64,000 bases of DNA from Desulfobacterales bacterium (GCA_030145345.1 JAQYVT010000005.1:3939-67938); one strand, 5' to 3'; shown: positions 27,225-37,684, numbered from the stretch's first letter. Numbers and translations are program-made. The notes: generated by a model from the sequence alone, not told the origin.

Positions 27225-29701
27225 AAGGAAAAATTCTAATTACCGATGAGGGACATTTCGACTTAACCGGGTACAAATGGGATGATCAACTATTTTCGGA
27301 TATCCTTGCCAAAGACAACCCAATTGAAACTGACCAGGCCCTGGACATCAGCCGATTCTTGAGAAAAGAAATTGCCAATATGAAAAATCATACCATCACC
27401 ATGCCGATTATCGACAAAATGATCCAGACAAAATTGGTCGAATACGGTTTAACTCAAACTTCGCCCATTCGGCTGGATAAGTCCATCTTTGTAAAGAATG
27501 GACTTCATCTTTCCAAAAATGCTAAAAACGTATTGAGAAGAAGATATCTTAAGAAAGACAACAACGGCAAAGTGGTCGAGACGCCGGAAAAGATGTTTAG
27601 AAGGGTGGCCCGACACATTGCAAAGGCGGAAAAAAAGTACGGTAATGACGCTGATGTGAAAAAGATGGAAAACATTTTCTACAATATGATGACCGAACTG
27701 AAATTTCTACCCAATTCACCCACGCTGATGAACTCGGGACGGAGATTGGGCCAGCTGGCAGCCTGCTTTGTCCTTCCCGTAGAAGACAGCATGGAAGATA
27801 TTTTCGATGCATTGAAAAATGCGGCGATTATACACAAATCAGGTGGCGGTACGGGTTTTTCTTTTTCCCGCTTGCGTCCAAAAGACAGCAGGGTGGGAAC
27901 CACCGGCGGTATCGCCTCCGGACCGGTTTCGTTTATGAAAATCTTCAATACGGCGACTGAGCAAGTCAAACAGGGTGGGACTCGCAGAGGGGCAAACATG
28001 GCGATTCTAAGGGTTGACCATCCGGATATTATGGAATTTATCCACAGCAAAAAAAAACATAAAGAATTGAACAATTTTAATATCTCCGTCGGTGTTACGG
28101 ACGCTTTCATGGAAGCTGTAAAGAAAGAAGGAAATTATCGCCTGATAGACCCGTGCGACAATAAAAAGGTTATGGAGTTGGATGCCGCCGAAGTCTACCA
28201 CGCTTTGGTAAAACAGGCCTGGGAAAACGGAGATCCAGGAATCATCTTTTTGGACAGACTCAACAGGGATAATCCGACCCCTGCTTTGGGGGAGATTGAA
28301 AGTACAAATCCTTGCGGAGAACAACCCCTGCTCCCAATGGAATCCTGCAATCTTGGATCCATCAATCTGGCAAAGTTTATAACATACGATAACGAAGAGC
28401 CAACCATCGATTTCAAACACTTGAAAGATATTATATGGTTGAGCGTCCGCTTTCTAGACAACACCATCGATATGTCCAAATATCCCTTGCCGGAAATCGG
28501 AAAAATGGTGCAAGGCAATCGTAAAATCGGCCTTGGGGCCATGGGGTTTGCAGATCTGCTTTATCAATTGAAAATACCCTATAACTCGGAGAGGGCGCTT
28601 GAGATCGCAGAAGAAGTGATGGGTTTCATTCAAAAAGAGTCTCATGAAGCCTCAAAACATCTGGCCGAGGAGAGAGGCGTTTTTCCCAATTTCGATAAAA
28701 GCATTTTCAAAGACAAGGACGGCTGTACCTATCGAAATGCTGCGACCACCACCATTGCGCCCACCGGCACATTAAGTATCATTGCAGATTGCTCAAGCGG
28801 GGTCGAACCGCTGTTCGCATTGAGTTTTGTCAGAAACGTTATGGACAATGACAAGCTCATGGAGGTGAATCCTTACTTTGAGAATGAAGCAAGAAAAAGA
28901 GGCTTTTATAGTTCTGGGTTGATGGATGCCATCGCCATGGATGGCGGCATTCAGCATTTAAACGAAATACCCGAAGATGTTCGGGAGGTCTTTGTCACCG
29001 CACATGATATTTCTCCCGAATGGCATGTTCGTATGCAGGCCGCTTTTCAACAGTACACGGATAATGCTGTTTCAAAGACCGTCAACCTGTCCCGGGATGC
29101 CACCGTAGACGATGTACAAAAAATTTATGATCTGGCCTACGAGTTGGATTGTAAAGGCGTCACCATTTACAGAGACGGGAGCAAGGAAAATCAGGTCCTT
29201 TCCTTCGCCGGAAAGGATGCGTCTCTCGGTCCCCTGGCGGCTACGGTCAAAGAACGGCCTGAAACACTGGAAGGGTTTACCTCCAGAATGAAAACAGGCA
29301 TGGGCCAGCTCTACGTCACGGTCACTGAATATGAAGGGCAGCCCTTTGAAGTGTTTGCAACCATCGGCAAATCAGGCAGATCCACCACCGCAAAGACAGA
29401 AGCCATCGGCAGGCTCGTTTCGCTGGCTTTGAGATCTGGGGTAAAGGTCGAAAATATCGTAGAGCAGCTGAAAGGTATCGGTGGAGAACATCCTGTATTT
29501 CAAGAAGGCGGTTTAGTTTTATCGATCCCGGATGCCATTGGCAGAATTCTTGAGAAAAGGTATTTGAAAGACGGCTCCTACAAGAAAAGAGGATACGGTA
29601 ACAGCCTCCTTGGAGAAATCTGCCCGGAATGCAGCCACACGGTCAGTTTTGAAGAAGGCTGTATGATCTGCCATTTCTGCGGCTTTACAAAATGCTCTTA
29701 G
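27191..29701 (+). CDS. nrdJ: Adenosylcobalamin-dependent (class II) ribonucleotide reductase
   Basis: It is 836 aa. The motifs seen are the RNR core LPNSPTLMNSG, the active-site region STNPCGEQPL, the region TIAPTGT, and a C-terminal Cys cluster CPECSH...CMICHFCG. An alternative equivalent start lies at 27215. The N-terminal roughly 100 aa look like a degenerate ATP-cone. Confidence 0.9.
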   Translation: MGSNRSAAMGSKGKILITDEGHFDLTGYKWDDQLFSDILAKDNPIETDQALDISRFLRKEIANMKNHTITMPIIDKMIQTKLVEYGLTQTSPIRLDKSIFVKNGLHLSKNAKNVLRRRYLKKDNNGKVVETPEKMFRRVARHIAKAEKKYGNDADVKKMENIFYNMMTELKFLPNSPTLMNSGRRLGQLAACFVLPVEDSMEDIFDALKNAAIIHKSGGGTGFSFSRLRPKDSRVGTTGGIASGPVSFMKIFNTATEQVKQGGTRRGANMAILRVDHPDIMEFIHSKKKHKELNNFNISVGVTDAFMEAVKKEGNYRLIDPCDNKKVMELDAAEVYHALVKQAWENGDPGIIFLDRLNRDNPTPALGEIESTNPCGEQPLLPMESCNLGSINLAKFITYDNEEPTIDFKHLKDIIWLSVRFLDNTIDMSKYPLPEIGKMVQGNRKIGLGAMGFADLLYQLKIPYNSERALEIAEEVMGFIQKESHEASKHLAEERGVFPNFDKSIFKDKDGCTYRNAATTTIAPTGTLSIIADCSSGVEPLFALSFVRNVMDNDKLMEVNPYFENEARKRGFYSSGLMDAIAMDGGIQHLNEIPEDVREVFVTAHDISPEWHVRMQAAFQQYTDNAVSKTVNLSRDATVDDVQKIYDLAYELDCKGVTIYRDGSKENQVLSFAGKDASLGPLAATVKERPETLEGFTSRMKTGMGQLYVTVTEYEGQPFEVFATIGKSGRSTTAKTEAIGRLVSLALRSGVKVENIVEQLKGIGGEHPVFQEGGLVLSIPDAIGRILEKRYLKDGSYKKRGYGNSLLGEICPECSHTVSFEEGCMICHFCGFTKCS

Positions 29702-29806
29702 CCCGGTTTATGTCTTTCAGGTTTTAAACTCGACAATCCCGAATGCGCCAAAACATTCAATTTCACAGGTAAAAGACTTTTTGCGAGTTCATCAAGACCC
29801 GGTGCG

Positions 29807-30067
29807 ATGATGCGTATCGATCAAAATCCTTTATTTAGAAAATCTTTCATCCCTTGGTATGACTCTGAAACCGCATGTATCATCGTTATCATTGTCATGA
29901 TCGCCGTTTTTTTATTTGGCTTTGCAGGGATTTCGGTGGCCCATGAACATGTGAAATATCAAAAGGAAGTTTGGGTTGCAGTTCTTCTTGTTGTCATGAG
30001 CGGATGGGTCCTGCTTACCACCACAGTTCGGCTGATAAAAAGATATGTCCGCCGATCTTCAAAATAA
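29807..30067 (+). CDS. Small membrane protein (two predicted TM helices), function unknown
   Basis: It is 86 aa with two hydrophobic stretches and a basic C-terminus. I did not recognise a family. Confidence 0.45.
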   Translation: MMRIDQNPLFRKSFIPWYDSETACIIVIIVMIAVFLFGFAGISVAHEHVKYQKEVWVAVLLVVMSGWVLLTTTVRLIKRYVRRSSK

Positions 30068-30108
30068 CCGTCCCGAATTTCTCACCGAGTCCTTCCCGAA
30101 CGAACCCT

Positions 30109-30196
30109 AAGCTGGAAGCCATTTGCCAATGGGGTGCGCGCCAATGAAGGGAGTTTGCTCAATGTCGAAGAATTAATGAACTCCTCAGTAAGCGGC
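30109..30196 (+). repeat. Copy B of the duplicated intergenic element
   Basis: The core aatggggtgcgcgccaatgaagggagtttgctcaat (30128-30163) matches copy A at 35/36 positions. Confidence 0.6.
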
Positions 30197-30242
30197 CTGT
30201 CGGATATTTTGGCGGAAAAGACAGTGTTCCATCAGGAGCGAA

Positions 30243-30941
30243 TCAGCTGACAAATAAATACAGTTTATTGCTCACTAGGATCAGCCCTACAATAATTAAC
30301 AGGATCCCTGCGACGGCATTAACGTATTTCAAGGCCTTTGATGCCTTTTTAATAAAAATCAACAGGAAATTGATACAAATTGACAGGACAATAAAAGGTA
30401 GGGCCAATCCGGCTGAATAGATGGCAAGGAGCAAAATTCCCTGCCAGACGGTCTCTTGGCTGCCGGCAATAATAAGGATGGATCCCAGCAATGGCCCGAT
30501 ACAAGGACTCCATCCGGCGCCGAAGGCCATTCCGATGATAAGCGTTCCGAAAAAATGTACGGGCTTCTTTTCCATGGCAATTCGTTTTTCAAAATCGAGG
30601 CCGGGTATTCGGATTAAACCGGTTAAATGAATCCCCAAAATAATAATAAAAACACCACCGATGATCCGTATCAATTTTTTATACTTGTACATCAAGCTGC
30701 CGAGGAAAGAGGCGGATGCACCCATAAGGATGAAGACCAGGGAAAATCCAAGAACGAATAAAAAAGTTGAAAGAAATACTTTTTTCCTGATTTCTGAATT
30801 ACAACCGCGGGTCAGCTCTTCCAGGGAGAAGCCCGTAATAAATGTAAAGTATGCCGGAATCAGCGGCAGCACGCACGGTGATAAAAAAGAGAGAAGCCCT
30901 GCGATAAATGCCGCGGGAAATGATACGGTTTCAGTGAACAT
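30243..30941 (-). CDS. ccdA: Cytochrome c biogenesis / thiol-disulfide transfer membrane protein, CcdA (DsbD-core) family
   Basis: It has six TM segments. The conserved Cys motifs are FLSPCVLPLIP and GWSPCIGP. Confidence 0.85.
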   Translation of the reverse strand: MFTETVSFPAAFIAGLLSFLSPCVLPLIPAYFTFITGFSLEELTRGCNSEIRKKVFLSTFLFVLGFSLVFILMGASASFLGSLMYKYKKLIRIIGGVFIIILGIHLTGLIRIPGLDFEKRIAMEKKPVHFFGTLIIGMAFGAGWSPCIGPLLGSILIIAGSQETVWQGILLLAIYSAGLALPFIVLSICINFLLIFIKKASKALKYVNAVAGILLIIVGLILVSNKLYLFVS

Positions 30942-31010
30942 AATTTATAAATACAATTTGTGTGAAAGTAATTTGTTAGACTTTTGGAGATATTGTCGCG
31001 CCAAGTATAA

Positions 31011-31211
31011 TTACCCTCCTGCGATCAGGGGAATTAGAAACACCTCTGAATTATCGGGAATCAGAGTCTTCTCAAAATAAGGCCTCGATACATGCTTATC
31101 GTTGATGCGTACCACCGCATAATGTTGGGAATCGCCCATATCCCCGAGCAGATCCGCAACGGTCATCCCCTCATACCAGGACCGCTGCTCTCCGTTGACC
31201 CTGAACATCAT
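31011..31211 (-). CDS. ThiS/MoaD-family sulfur-carrier protein
   Basis: It is 66 aa and ends in ...LIPLIAGG (the C-terminal Gly-Gly). Its ATG overlaps the AOR stop codon (ATGA). Confidence 0.75.
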   Translation of the reverse strand: MMFRVNGEQRSWYEGMTVADLLGDMGDSQHYAVVRINDKHVSRPYFEKTLIPDNSEVFLIPLIAGG

Positions 31212-33349
31212 TCAATCCCATGGGCCTTAAGCAATTCCAGAACATCCGGGAAATCGATACCCAGACGCCTGACGGTTTCAAGGGTCGGAATTCCATTGGC
31301 GGTCCATCCCCGGCGTTTATATACGGCATCCTTGAGTTCTTCATAAAGGGCCTCACGAAATTTTCGGAGCAGTCGATTTTTTTCTTCCGTGTCCATTCCC
31401 GTGATATCAACGTGATGTTTCTCCACAAGCTCTTTGTCGTAGCGCTCGCGCCGTGATTCATATTCAACCGGTTTTACCGGCCCCACGGCTCGATAGGGAA
31501 TGTCGTCATGATCCCGCTGCCCAAAACCCATTTTGAGGTTGAAAATTCGCTGGAAATTGTAAACCCCTTCGCTCATCCGAATGATTTCGTCGGGTGTTGT
31601 CTTTTTTCCGGTCACTGCAGTGTAATATTCAGCATACCACTCTACGTGTTTCATAACCTTTGCAGGTTCCGGGGTGTCTTTGTTATCTTCAGGTACGATA
31701 TCGTTCCAGGGAAGTTTACACAGTCCACATAAACCGAACCATGTTCTAAACATGGGGAACCAGTGGAGCGCTTCTGCCTTTTGCTCAAAGGTCGGCATAA
31801 AATTGTGCACCATATCCAGAAAGATCAACCAGGCTTCATCATGCTGGGGCCCCTTGAGGGCAAGGCCGTATCCCCCCTGTTGGGCAAGGGATTCTTTGGT
31901 CATATACTCTGAGAATTCCAACCCCTTGGCTTCCATCCCGATATCCTGCATGATGTGAGGATCCGCTTTATAGTCCCTGGCTAAAATCGACTTCATTTGC
32001 CGGACCCCTTGCCCCACAATTAAACCAAAACCGTCGCCTTCGGCCATTTGGTGAACCATCTCAAGGGCCGCCAGCCGGTTGCCGAATGAAAGATTGATTC
32101 CCCGGGTATGGGTTTCGTCGATCAGGCCCATCTCAAAACATTCCATGGCAAATGCGATGCTCGTGCCCACTGAAATCGTGTCAAGGCCATAGGCGTCGCA
32201 ATAGAAATTCATCTCAATAATCGTATGGGGATCAAATATACCCAGGTTTGAGCCGCATCCGGCGATGGTCTCGTATTCAGGGCCGTCCACAAAAACCTTG
32301 GTCCCTTTGTAGGGTCCAGTCAGGGGAACAAAGTCTTTGACACCATGGGAGCAGGCAACCGTGCATCCCATCCAGCATCCATCATAACCCGCGTCGAATA
32401 TGGGTCTGTAAACCTCTTGACCGATATTGACTGCTTCCGGATGCTTTCCATACTGAAAATTATGGGTGGGCAGCAAATCAAAGTCATTCATGATGGTGAC
32501 AAGGTGGGTGGTGCCGATGGTCGCCATTTCGTTCTGCTTGGGATCGAGTTTGACAATCTCTTTGGCGTGTTTTCTTCCCACCGCTTTTAAGGCATTCCCA
32601 TTTGCCGGATTATTGGTGTCGGCTTTAACGGTATCCCATCGTGCCACTATGGCTTTAATCCGTTTGTCGGCAAAGACACTGCCGATGCCGCCACGTCCGG
32701 CCTGCTTGTATCTGGCCCGCTTTCGTTTCAAATCATACCAGGTAAAGTTGAGACATCCCATCCGCGTATTTTTTGCACCCGGACCCGTGGAAACAACAGA
32801 AATATGTCGGGGTTTTCCCTGTGCAAAGTGTTCGGTCAATATGGCTGAAAGGTCATAAGAGTCGTCCGGCAACCCCGATGTTTCTAAAATTTCCACCTTT
32901 TCATCGACGCCATCGATGAGAATTACGATATCCTTTTCGGTTTTCCCTTTGACTTCTAAGGCATCGAACCCGGAAAATTTAAGGTACGGCCCGAAATATC
33001 CCCCGACATTGGAGTCTATAACAGAACCTGTTAACGGAGAAATGGTGGTTACAATACTTTTTCCGGAGCCCGGATATAGGGGGGTTCCGCCCATGGGCCC
33101 CGATGCGATGCATATTGCATTATCCGGATCCGTCCAATGTGTCGTGCTTTTCACCGAATGCCAGAGCAGCCAGAGATCAAATCCCTTACCGCCGATGAAT
33201 ACGTCTTTCATTTTTTCGTCAACAGGCTTAACCGAAATGTCCGGAACAGAGATATCTATAGAAAGGGTTTGGTTGGCATAGCCTTTTTCTATAATCGGTC
33301 TGTCATAGTAGAAAGTCTTTATGGTGTCCATTTTGTATTCCATGATCAT
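31208..33349 (-). CDS. Aldehyde:ferredoxin oxidoreductase family protein (tungstopterin type)
   Basis: It is 713 aa. It has an AOR-like N-terminal domain (GGKGFDLWLL, GPMGG) and a Cys-rich stretch GCWMGCTVACSH. It is longer than the roughly 600-aa archetype. Confidence 0.8.
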   Translation of the reverse strand: MIMEYKMDTIKTFYYDRPIIEKGYANQTLSIDISVPDISVKPVDEKMKDVFIGGKGFDLWLLWHSVKSTTHWTDPDNAICIASGPMGGTPLYPGSGKSIVTTISPLTGSVIDSNVGGYFGPYLKFSGFDALEVKGKTEKDIVILIDGVDEKVEILETSGLPDDSYDLSAILTEHFAQGKPRHISVVSTGPGAKNTRMGCLNFTWYDLKRKRARYKQAGRGGIGSVFADKRIKAIVARWDTVKADTNNPANGNALKAVGRKHAKEIVKLDPKQNEMATIGTTHLVTIMNDFDLLPTHNFQYGKHPEAVNIGQEVYRPIFDAGYDGCWMGCTVACSHGVKDFVPLTGPYKGTKVFVDGPEYETIAGCGSNLGIFDPHTIIEMNFYCDAYGLDTISVGTSIAFAMECFEMGLIDETHTRGINLSFGNRLAALEMVHQMAEGDGFGLIVGQGVRQMKSILARDYKADPHIMQDIGMEAKGLEFSEYMTKESLAQQGGYGLALKGPQHDEAWLIFLDMVHNFMPTFEQKAEALHWFPMFRTWFGLCGLCKLPWNDIVPEDNKDTPEPAKVMKHVEWYAEYYTAVTGKKTTPDEIIRMSEGVYNFQRIFNLKMGFGQRDHDDIPYRAVGPVKPVEYESRRERYDKELVEKHHVDITGMDTEEKNRLLRKFREALYEELKDAVYKRRGWTANGIPTLETVRRLGIDFPDVLELLKAHGIE

Positions 33350-33365
33350 ATCAACCCTTTATAAT

Positions 33366-34217
33366 TTATTGACAACCGTTATTTTTAAAATTTCGGGTTA
33401 CAATTTCACCCAGTTCCTGGGATCGCCGGGTCGCGACCTCAACGGCATTGATAAGGGTGGTTCGGAGTCCCCCTTTTTCCAGAGAATGAATTCCGGCAAT
33501 TGCGGTTCCCCCGGGAGAGGTTACCATATCTTTTAATCTGCCCGGATGTTCTTTGGTCTCCATCAACAATTTTGCAGCACCCAGAACTGTCTGGGTTGAA
33601 AGAAACAGGGCATCTTCCCGTGCCAGTCCTACCTTTACGCCGGCGTCAGCCAATGCATCGACAATCAGAAAAATGTAGGCAGGTCCGCTGCCGCTTAAAC
33701 CGGTGACGGCGTCCATGAGGTTATTTTCTTTGAGGAAGATGCTTTTGCCCATGGAATCGAAGATCGCCATTGAAAGTTCGATGTCCTCTTCGGTGGCATT
33801 ATCTCCTGCCGCAATAACCGAGGCACTTTCTTTAACAAATGCTGCAATGTTGGGCATGACTCGAATCAGGCGCAATTCTTTTTTTAGACACGACGCTATG
33901 GCCGCCAGAGGAACACCGGCGGCAATGGAAATGATCAGCTTGGACATGTCCAGGCAAGATGTTGTTTCCTTCAATACCGAGGCAATGATCTGGGGCTTGA
34001 CCGCGTAGATAACAATATCCGAAATTTCCACTGCTTCGATGTTGTTTGTCAGTGTGGTCACACCATATTTTTCTTTGACGGATTCAAGCTTGTCTTTCCG
34101 AGCATCTGTGCAAATGATATTCTCGGGATGGGTTGATTCCGAAGCAATGAGCCCGCTCACAAGGGCTTCTCCCATATTCCCTGTTCCGATAATAGCAATT
34201 TTTTTGTCTTTTAACAT
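33366..34217 (-). CDS. proC: Pyrroline-5-carboxylate reductase
   Basis: It has the Rossmann motif IIGTGNMGEAL and a conserved C-terminal region (SPGGTAIAG). It ends 16 nt upstream of the AOR start. Confidence 0.9.
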   Translation of the reverse strand: MLKDKKIAIIGTGNMGEALVSGLIASESTHPENIICTDARKDKLESVKEKYGVTTLTNNIEAVEISDIVIYAVKPQIIASVLKETTSCLDMSKLIISIAAGVPLAAIASCLKKELRLIRVMPNIAAFVKESASVIAAGDNATEEDIELSMAIFDSMGKSIFLKENNLMDAVTGLSGSGPAYIFLIVDALADAGVKVGLAREDALFLSTQTVLGAAKLLMETKEHPGRLKDMVTSPGGTAIAGIHSLEKGGLRTTLINAVEVATRRSQELGEIVTRNFKNNGCQ

Positions 34218-34567
34218 GAATTTAATTCCCCCCTAACTATTTATAATTATTTAACCTATATTATTCTTGGCATACGGTTTTCGGTGTATTGAAACAGCGG
34301 TTCAATTCGCAAACAGGTGCTTGCCCCGGCGGCAGATCGGCGTTTGAGCCGCCTGGGACAGAATCGAAGGAACCCCATCAAGCTTCAAAGCGTAAATATG
34401 TTACCCTGTCTTTTATCGTCTGAATATTTAGTGTGTCAACGATTTTGCCTGAAATACCTTGACTTATTGTTAATATATCATTAAATTTTTAAAAAATATG
34501 ATCCGTTTTTCAAGGAACTACAGTCTCCTTAACTCATTCATCAAAAAGACGAAAGATCGTTGTCAAT

Positions 34568-34867
34568 ATGTTTATCATCGGCAATTTTTTAATGGCTGTT
34601 GCAGTTATTCTTCGGTATGTTCTCACGTTTTATATGTGGATCGTTATCGCGCGGGCGGTACTTTCGTGGGTGAATCCAGACCCCTATAATCCCATCGTCC
34701 GGTTTATTCATAATGTGACCGAACCGGTCCTATACCGAATCCGCGAAAAAATTCCCGTTAACTTTGGCGGTATCGATTTTTCTCCGATTATTGTAATACT
34801 TGGCGTGATATTTCTGCAAAATTTTGTCGTCAACAGCCTTTTGAGATTGTCCGCAAATTTTATGTAA
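34568..34867 (+). CDS. yggT: YggT family membrane protein
   Basis: It is 99 aa with the YggT pattern (ARAVLSWVNPDPYNPIVRFI...TEP). It precedes divIVA, as in many genomes. Confidence 0.8.
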   Translation: MFIIGNFLMAVAVILRYVLTFYMWIVIARAVLSWVNPDPYNPIVRFIHNVTEPVLYRIREKIPVNFGGIDFSPIIVILGVIFLQNFVVNSLLRLSANFM

Positions 34868-34890
34868 TCAAGGAAAACAGGTGATACATC

Positions 34891-35394
34891 ATGAAAATTA
34901 CACCTCTTGATATTCAGCAACAGCAGTTTAAAACAAGGTTCAGAGGCTTTGATGTCCGGGAGGTGGACACATTTCTCGAACAAATGGCGGATCTCTTCGA
35001 ATCGTTACAAAGTGAAAATACGCGCTTGCGTAAAGAAATTAAACGCCTTCAACTCGAGGGTCAGGGATATCGCGAGCGGGAAGAGAGTTTTAAGCGTGCG
35101 ATGCTGAATTCCCAGAAAGTTTTGGAACAGATGAAGCAAAACGCCAGGAAATCGGCGGAATTGGTTGTTGCTGAGGCAGAGGTTACGGCGGAAAAAATCC
35201 TTAATAGGGCACAAAACCGACTGGCACAGCTTCATGAAGATATTACTGAATTAAAACGGCAACGCATGCAGATCGAAGTCCAGATTCGCTCAGTTATTGA
35301 AAGCCATGCCAAACTCCTTGAAATCGGAAAAGAAGACGCCAGAATCAGGGAGGAGGAAGATGGCAAACTAAAGCTGTTTAGACAATCTGAATAG
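34891..35394 (+). CDS. divIVA: DivIVA domain protein
   Basis: It has the canonical N-terminus MKITPLDIQQQQFKTRFRGFDVREVDTFL followed by a coiled coil. Confidence 0.85.
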   Translation: MKITPLDIQQQQFKTRFRGFDVREVDTFLEQMADLFESLQSENTRLRKEIKRLQLEGQGYREREESFKRAMLNSQKVLEQMKQNARKSAELVVAEAEVTAEKILNRAQNRLAQLHEDITELKRQRMQIEVQIRSVIESHAKLLEIGKEDARIREEEDGKLKLFRQSE

Positions 35395-35408
35395 GCGGAT
35401 AGAACCAT

Positions 35409-36491
35409 ATGGCAAAAATTGATGCGTTTTTTAAATTGATGGATGAGCAGGGTGCCTCAGATCTTCACCTTATATCCGGCCAGCCGCCGGCACTCCGAAT
35501 AAGGGGTGAAATGGAGCGGATTAAATATAAGGTGATGGGAAATGATGAACTGAAAGCCATGCTCTATGAAATTGCGCCGGAACACAAGATCAAGCAGTTT
35601 GAGGAGACAGGCGATATCGATTTCGGATATGAAATACCCGGCATTGCCCGGTATCGATCAAATTTTTTTATGCAGAGAAATGGTGTCGGTGCTGTTTTCA
35701 GGCAAATTCCTGAAAAAATAATGACCGCCGAACAGCTGGGGCTTCCCAATGTAATATCCAAACTGGCCTCCCTCCCCAGAGGTCTGGTTTTGGTAACCGG
35801 ACCCACCGGAAGCGGCAAATCGACCACCCTGGCGGCAATCATCGATGTTGCAAACCGTACCCGAAAGGATCATATAATCACCATTGAAGACCCCATCGAA
35901 TTTGTTCACAAGAGCCAAAGTTGCATTGTAAACCACCGGGAAGTTGGAATGCACACCCGATCGTTCAGCACGGCGTTAAGGGGTGCTTTGCGAGAGGACC
36001 CGGACATCATTCTCGTGGGTGAAATGAGGGATCTTGAAACCATATCCCTTGCCATAGAAGCCGCGTCAACCGGCCACCTTGTCTTTGCCACCTTGCATAC
36101 CATGAGCGCAGCAAAAACCATAGATCGTATCATTGAGGTGTTCCCTTCGAGTGAACAGGCTCAGATCCGTTCGACACTGGCCGACGGAATTCGGTCGGTT
36201 ATCGCCCAGGTCTTGTTTAAAAGAGTCAATACAAAAGGGCTCTGCGCCGCCCTTGAAATATTGATTGCTACTCCAGCGGCCCGAAATCTTATCCGCGAAG
36301 GTAAAACCCACCAGATTCCTTCGGTAATTCAGACCGGGAGAAAATACGGCATGCAGCTTTTGGATGATGCCATTATGGAACTGCTTGACAAAGGATGGAT
36401 CGGGTCTGAAGAAGCTTATGCCAAAGCCAATGACAAGAAAAGATTCAGAGAATTTTTAAAGAGTGCGCCCGCTGACTTCACCGAAGCATGA
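35409..36491 (+). CDS. pilT: Type IV pilus retraction ATPase PilT
   Basis: It is 360 aa with GASDLHL, Walker A GPTGSGKST, an Asp box, Walker B ILVGEMRD and a His box TGHLVFATLHT. Confidence 0.9.
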   Translation: MAKIDAFFKLMDEQGASDLHLISGQPPALRIRGEMERIKYKVMGNDELKAMLYEIAPEHKIKQFEETGDIDFGYEIPGIARYRSNFFMQRNGVGAVFRQIPEKIMTAEQLGLPNVISKLASLPRGLVLVTGPTGSGKSTTLAAIIDVANRTRKDHIITIEDPIEFVHKSQSCIVNHREVGMHTRSFSTALRGALREDPDIILVGEMRDLETISLAIEAASTGHLVFATLHTMSAAKTIDRIIEVFPSSEQAQIRSTLADGIRSVIAQVLFKRVNTKGLCAALEILIATPAARNLIREGKTHQIPSVIQTGRKYGMQLLDDAIMELLDKGWIGSEEAYAKANDKKRFREFLKSAPADFTEA

Positions 36492-36511
36492 CAATCTTAT
36501 GAGGATATATT

Positions 36512-37684
36512 TTGAAAAAACAGGAGATTGATCATATTTTGGCAAGAATGCTGGATGCCTACGACAATGTTTCAGATCTGAATATTACCGTTGGAAAACC
36601 ATTCCAGATTGAAACTTCCGGCGAACTTGCTGCGGTGGATATGGACCCACCGTTTCATGAAATCACTCCTTTTCAGGCTGAAATTTTCGCCCTCAATCTT
36701 ATCAACCAGAACCGACGGCTCACCGAGAACCTCTTGCTTGAGGGATCCTGTGATTCTTCCTATGAACTCCCCGGCAAGGCTCGCTTCAGGATCAACATCT
36801 TTTCCCAGCGAGGGAATTATTCCATTGTCTTGCGGAAACTTGCAACCAAGATTCCGACCTGCCAGGAACTGGGCATCCCCGATTCCTTTTTAGAAATGGC
36901 TGAGGAGAAGAACGGCATCATCCTGATCACCGGTGCCACCGGCTGTGGAAAATCGACATCTCTGGCTGCCATTCTCAACGAGATTAATGATGCCAGATCG
37001 CTTCATATCGTGACCCTTGAAGATCCGGTGGAGTTTGATCATCCCCATAAAAAAGCCACGTTCAATCAGCGGGAGATGGGAGAGGATTTCGACACATTTT
37101 CCAGCGGCCTCAGAGCAGCCCTGAGACAGGCTCCAAAAGTGATTCTGGTGGGAGAGATGCGCGACCGGGTAACGTTGGATATTGCTCTCAGTGCTGCCGA
37201 GACCGGCCATCTGGTTTTAAGCACCCTCCATACGGTGGATTCCGGACAGACCATTAACCGTATCCTCGGGATGTTTCCTCCAGAAGAAGAAAGTCAAATA
37301 CGTACCCGGCTTGCTGACATGGTTCGCTGGATCGTATGCCAGAGGCTGCTTCCCAAGGTCGGCGGCGGACGAATTGCGGCCTTTGAGATCATGCGCACCA
37401 ACCTTCGTATCAAAGATACAATCCTGAACGGAGAATCCGAAGGTAAAACTTTTTATGATATTATCCAGGCCGGAAAAGCATTCGGAATGACCACCTTTGA
37501 CGATGATATCGTAGGATTGTACGAACAGGGTCTCATCACCCAAGAGACCGCCATGGCCTACAGTTCTCGAAAAGGTGAAGTGGGCCGCGGCATCGATGCG
37601 GTTAAGAGCGTCCGGGGAGAGGCTACGACGGATATTGAGGACCTGAAGGTCGACCATGAATACGGTAAGACCTGGAGAAAATAA
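36512..37684 (+). CDS. Second PilT/PilU-family ATPase
   Basis: It is 390 aa with a TTG start. It has Walker A GATGCGKST, ILVGEMRD and TGHLVLSTLHT, plus a C-terminal extension relative to PilT. Confidence 0.85.
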   Translation: MKKQEIDHILARMLDAYDNVSDLNITVGKPFQIETSGELAAVDMDPPFHEITPFQAEIFALNLINQNRRLTENLLLEGSCDSSYELPGKARFRINIFSQRGNYSIVLRKLATKIPTCQELGIPDSFLEMAEEKNGIILITGATGCGKSTSLAAILNEINDARSLHIVTLEDPVEFDHPHKKATFNQREMGEDFDTFSSGLRAALRQAPKVILVGEMRDRVTLDIALSAAETGHLVLSTLHTVDSGQTINRILGMFPPEEESQIRTRLADMVRWIVCQRLLPKVGGGRIAAFEIMRTNLRIKDTILNGESEGKTFYDIIQAGKAFGMTTFDDDIVGLYEQGLITQETAMAYSSRKGEVGRGIDAVKSVRGEATTDIEDLKVDHEYGKTWRK

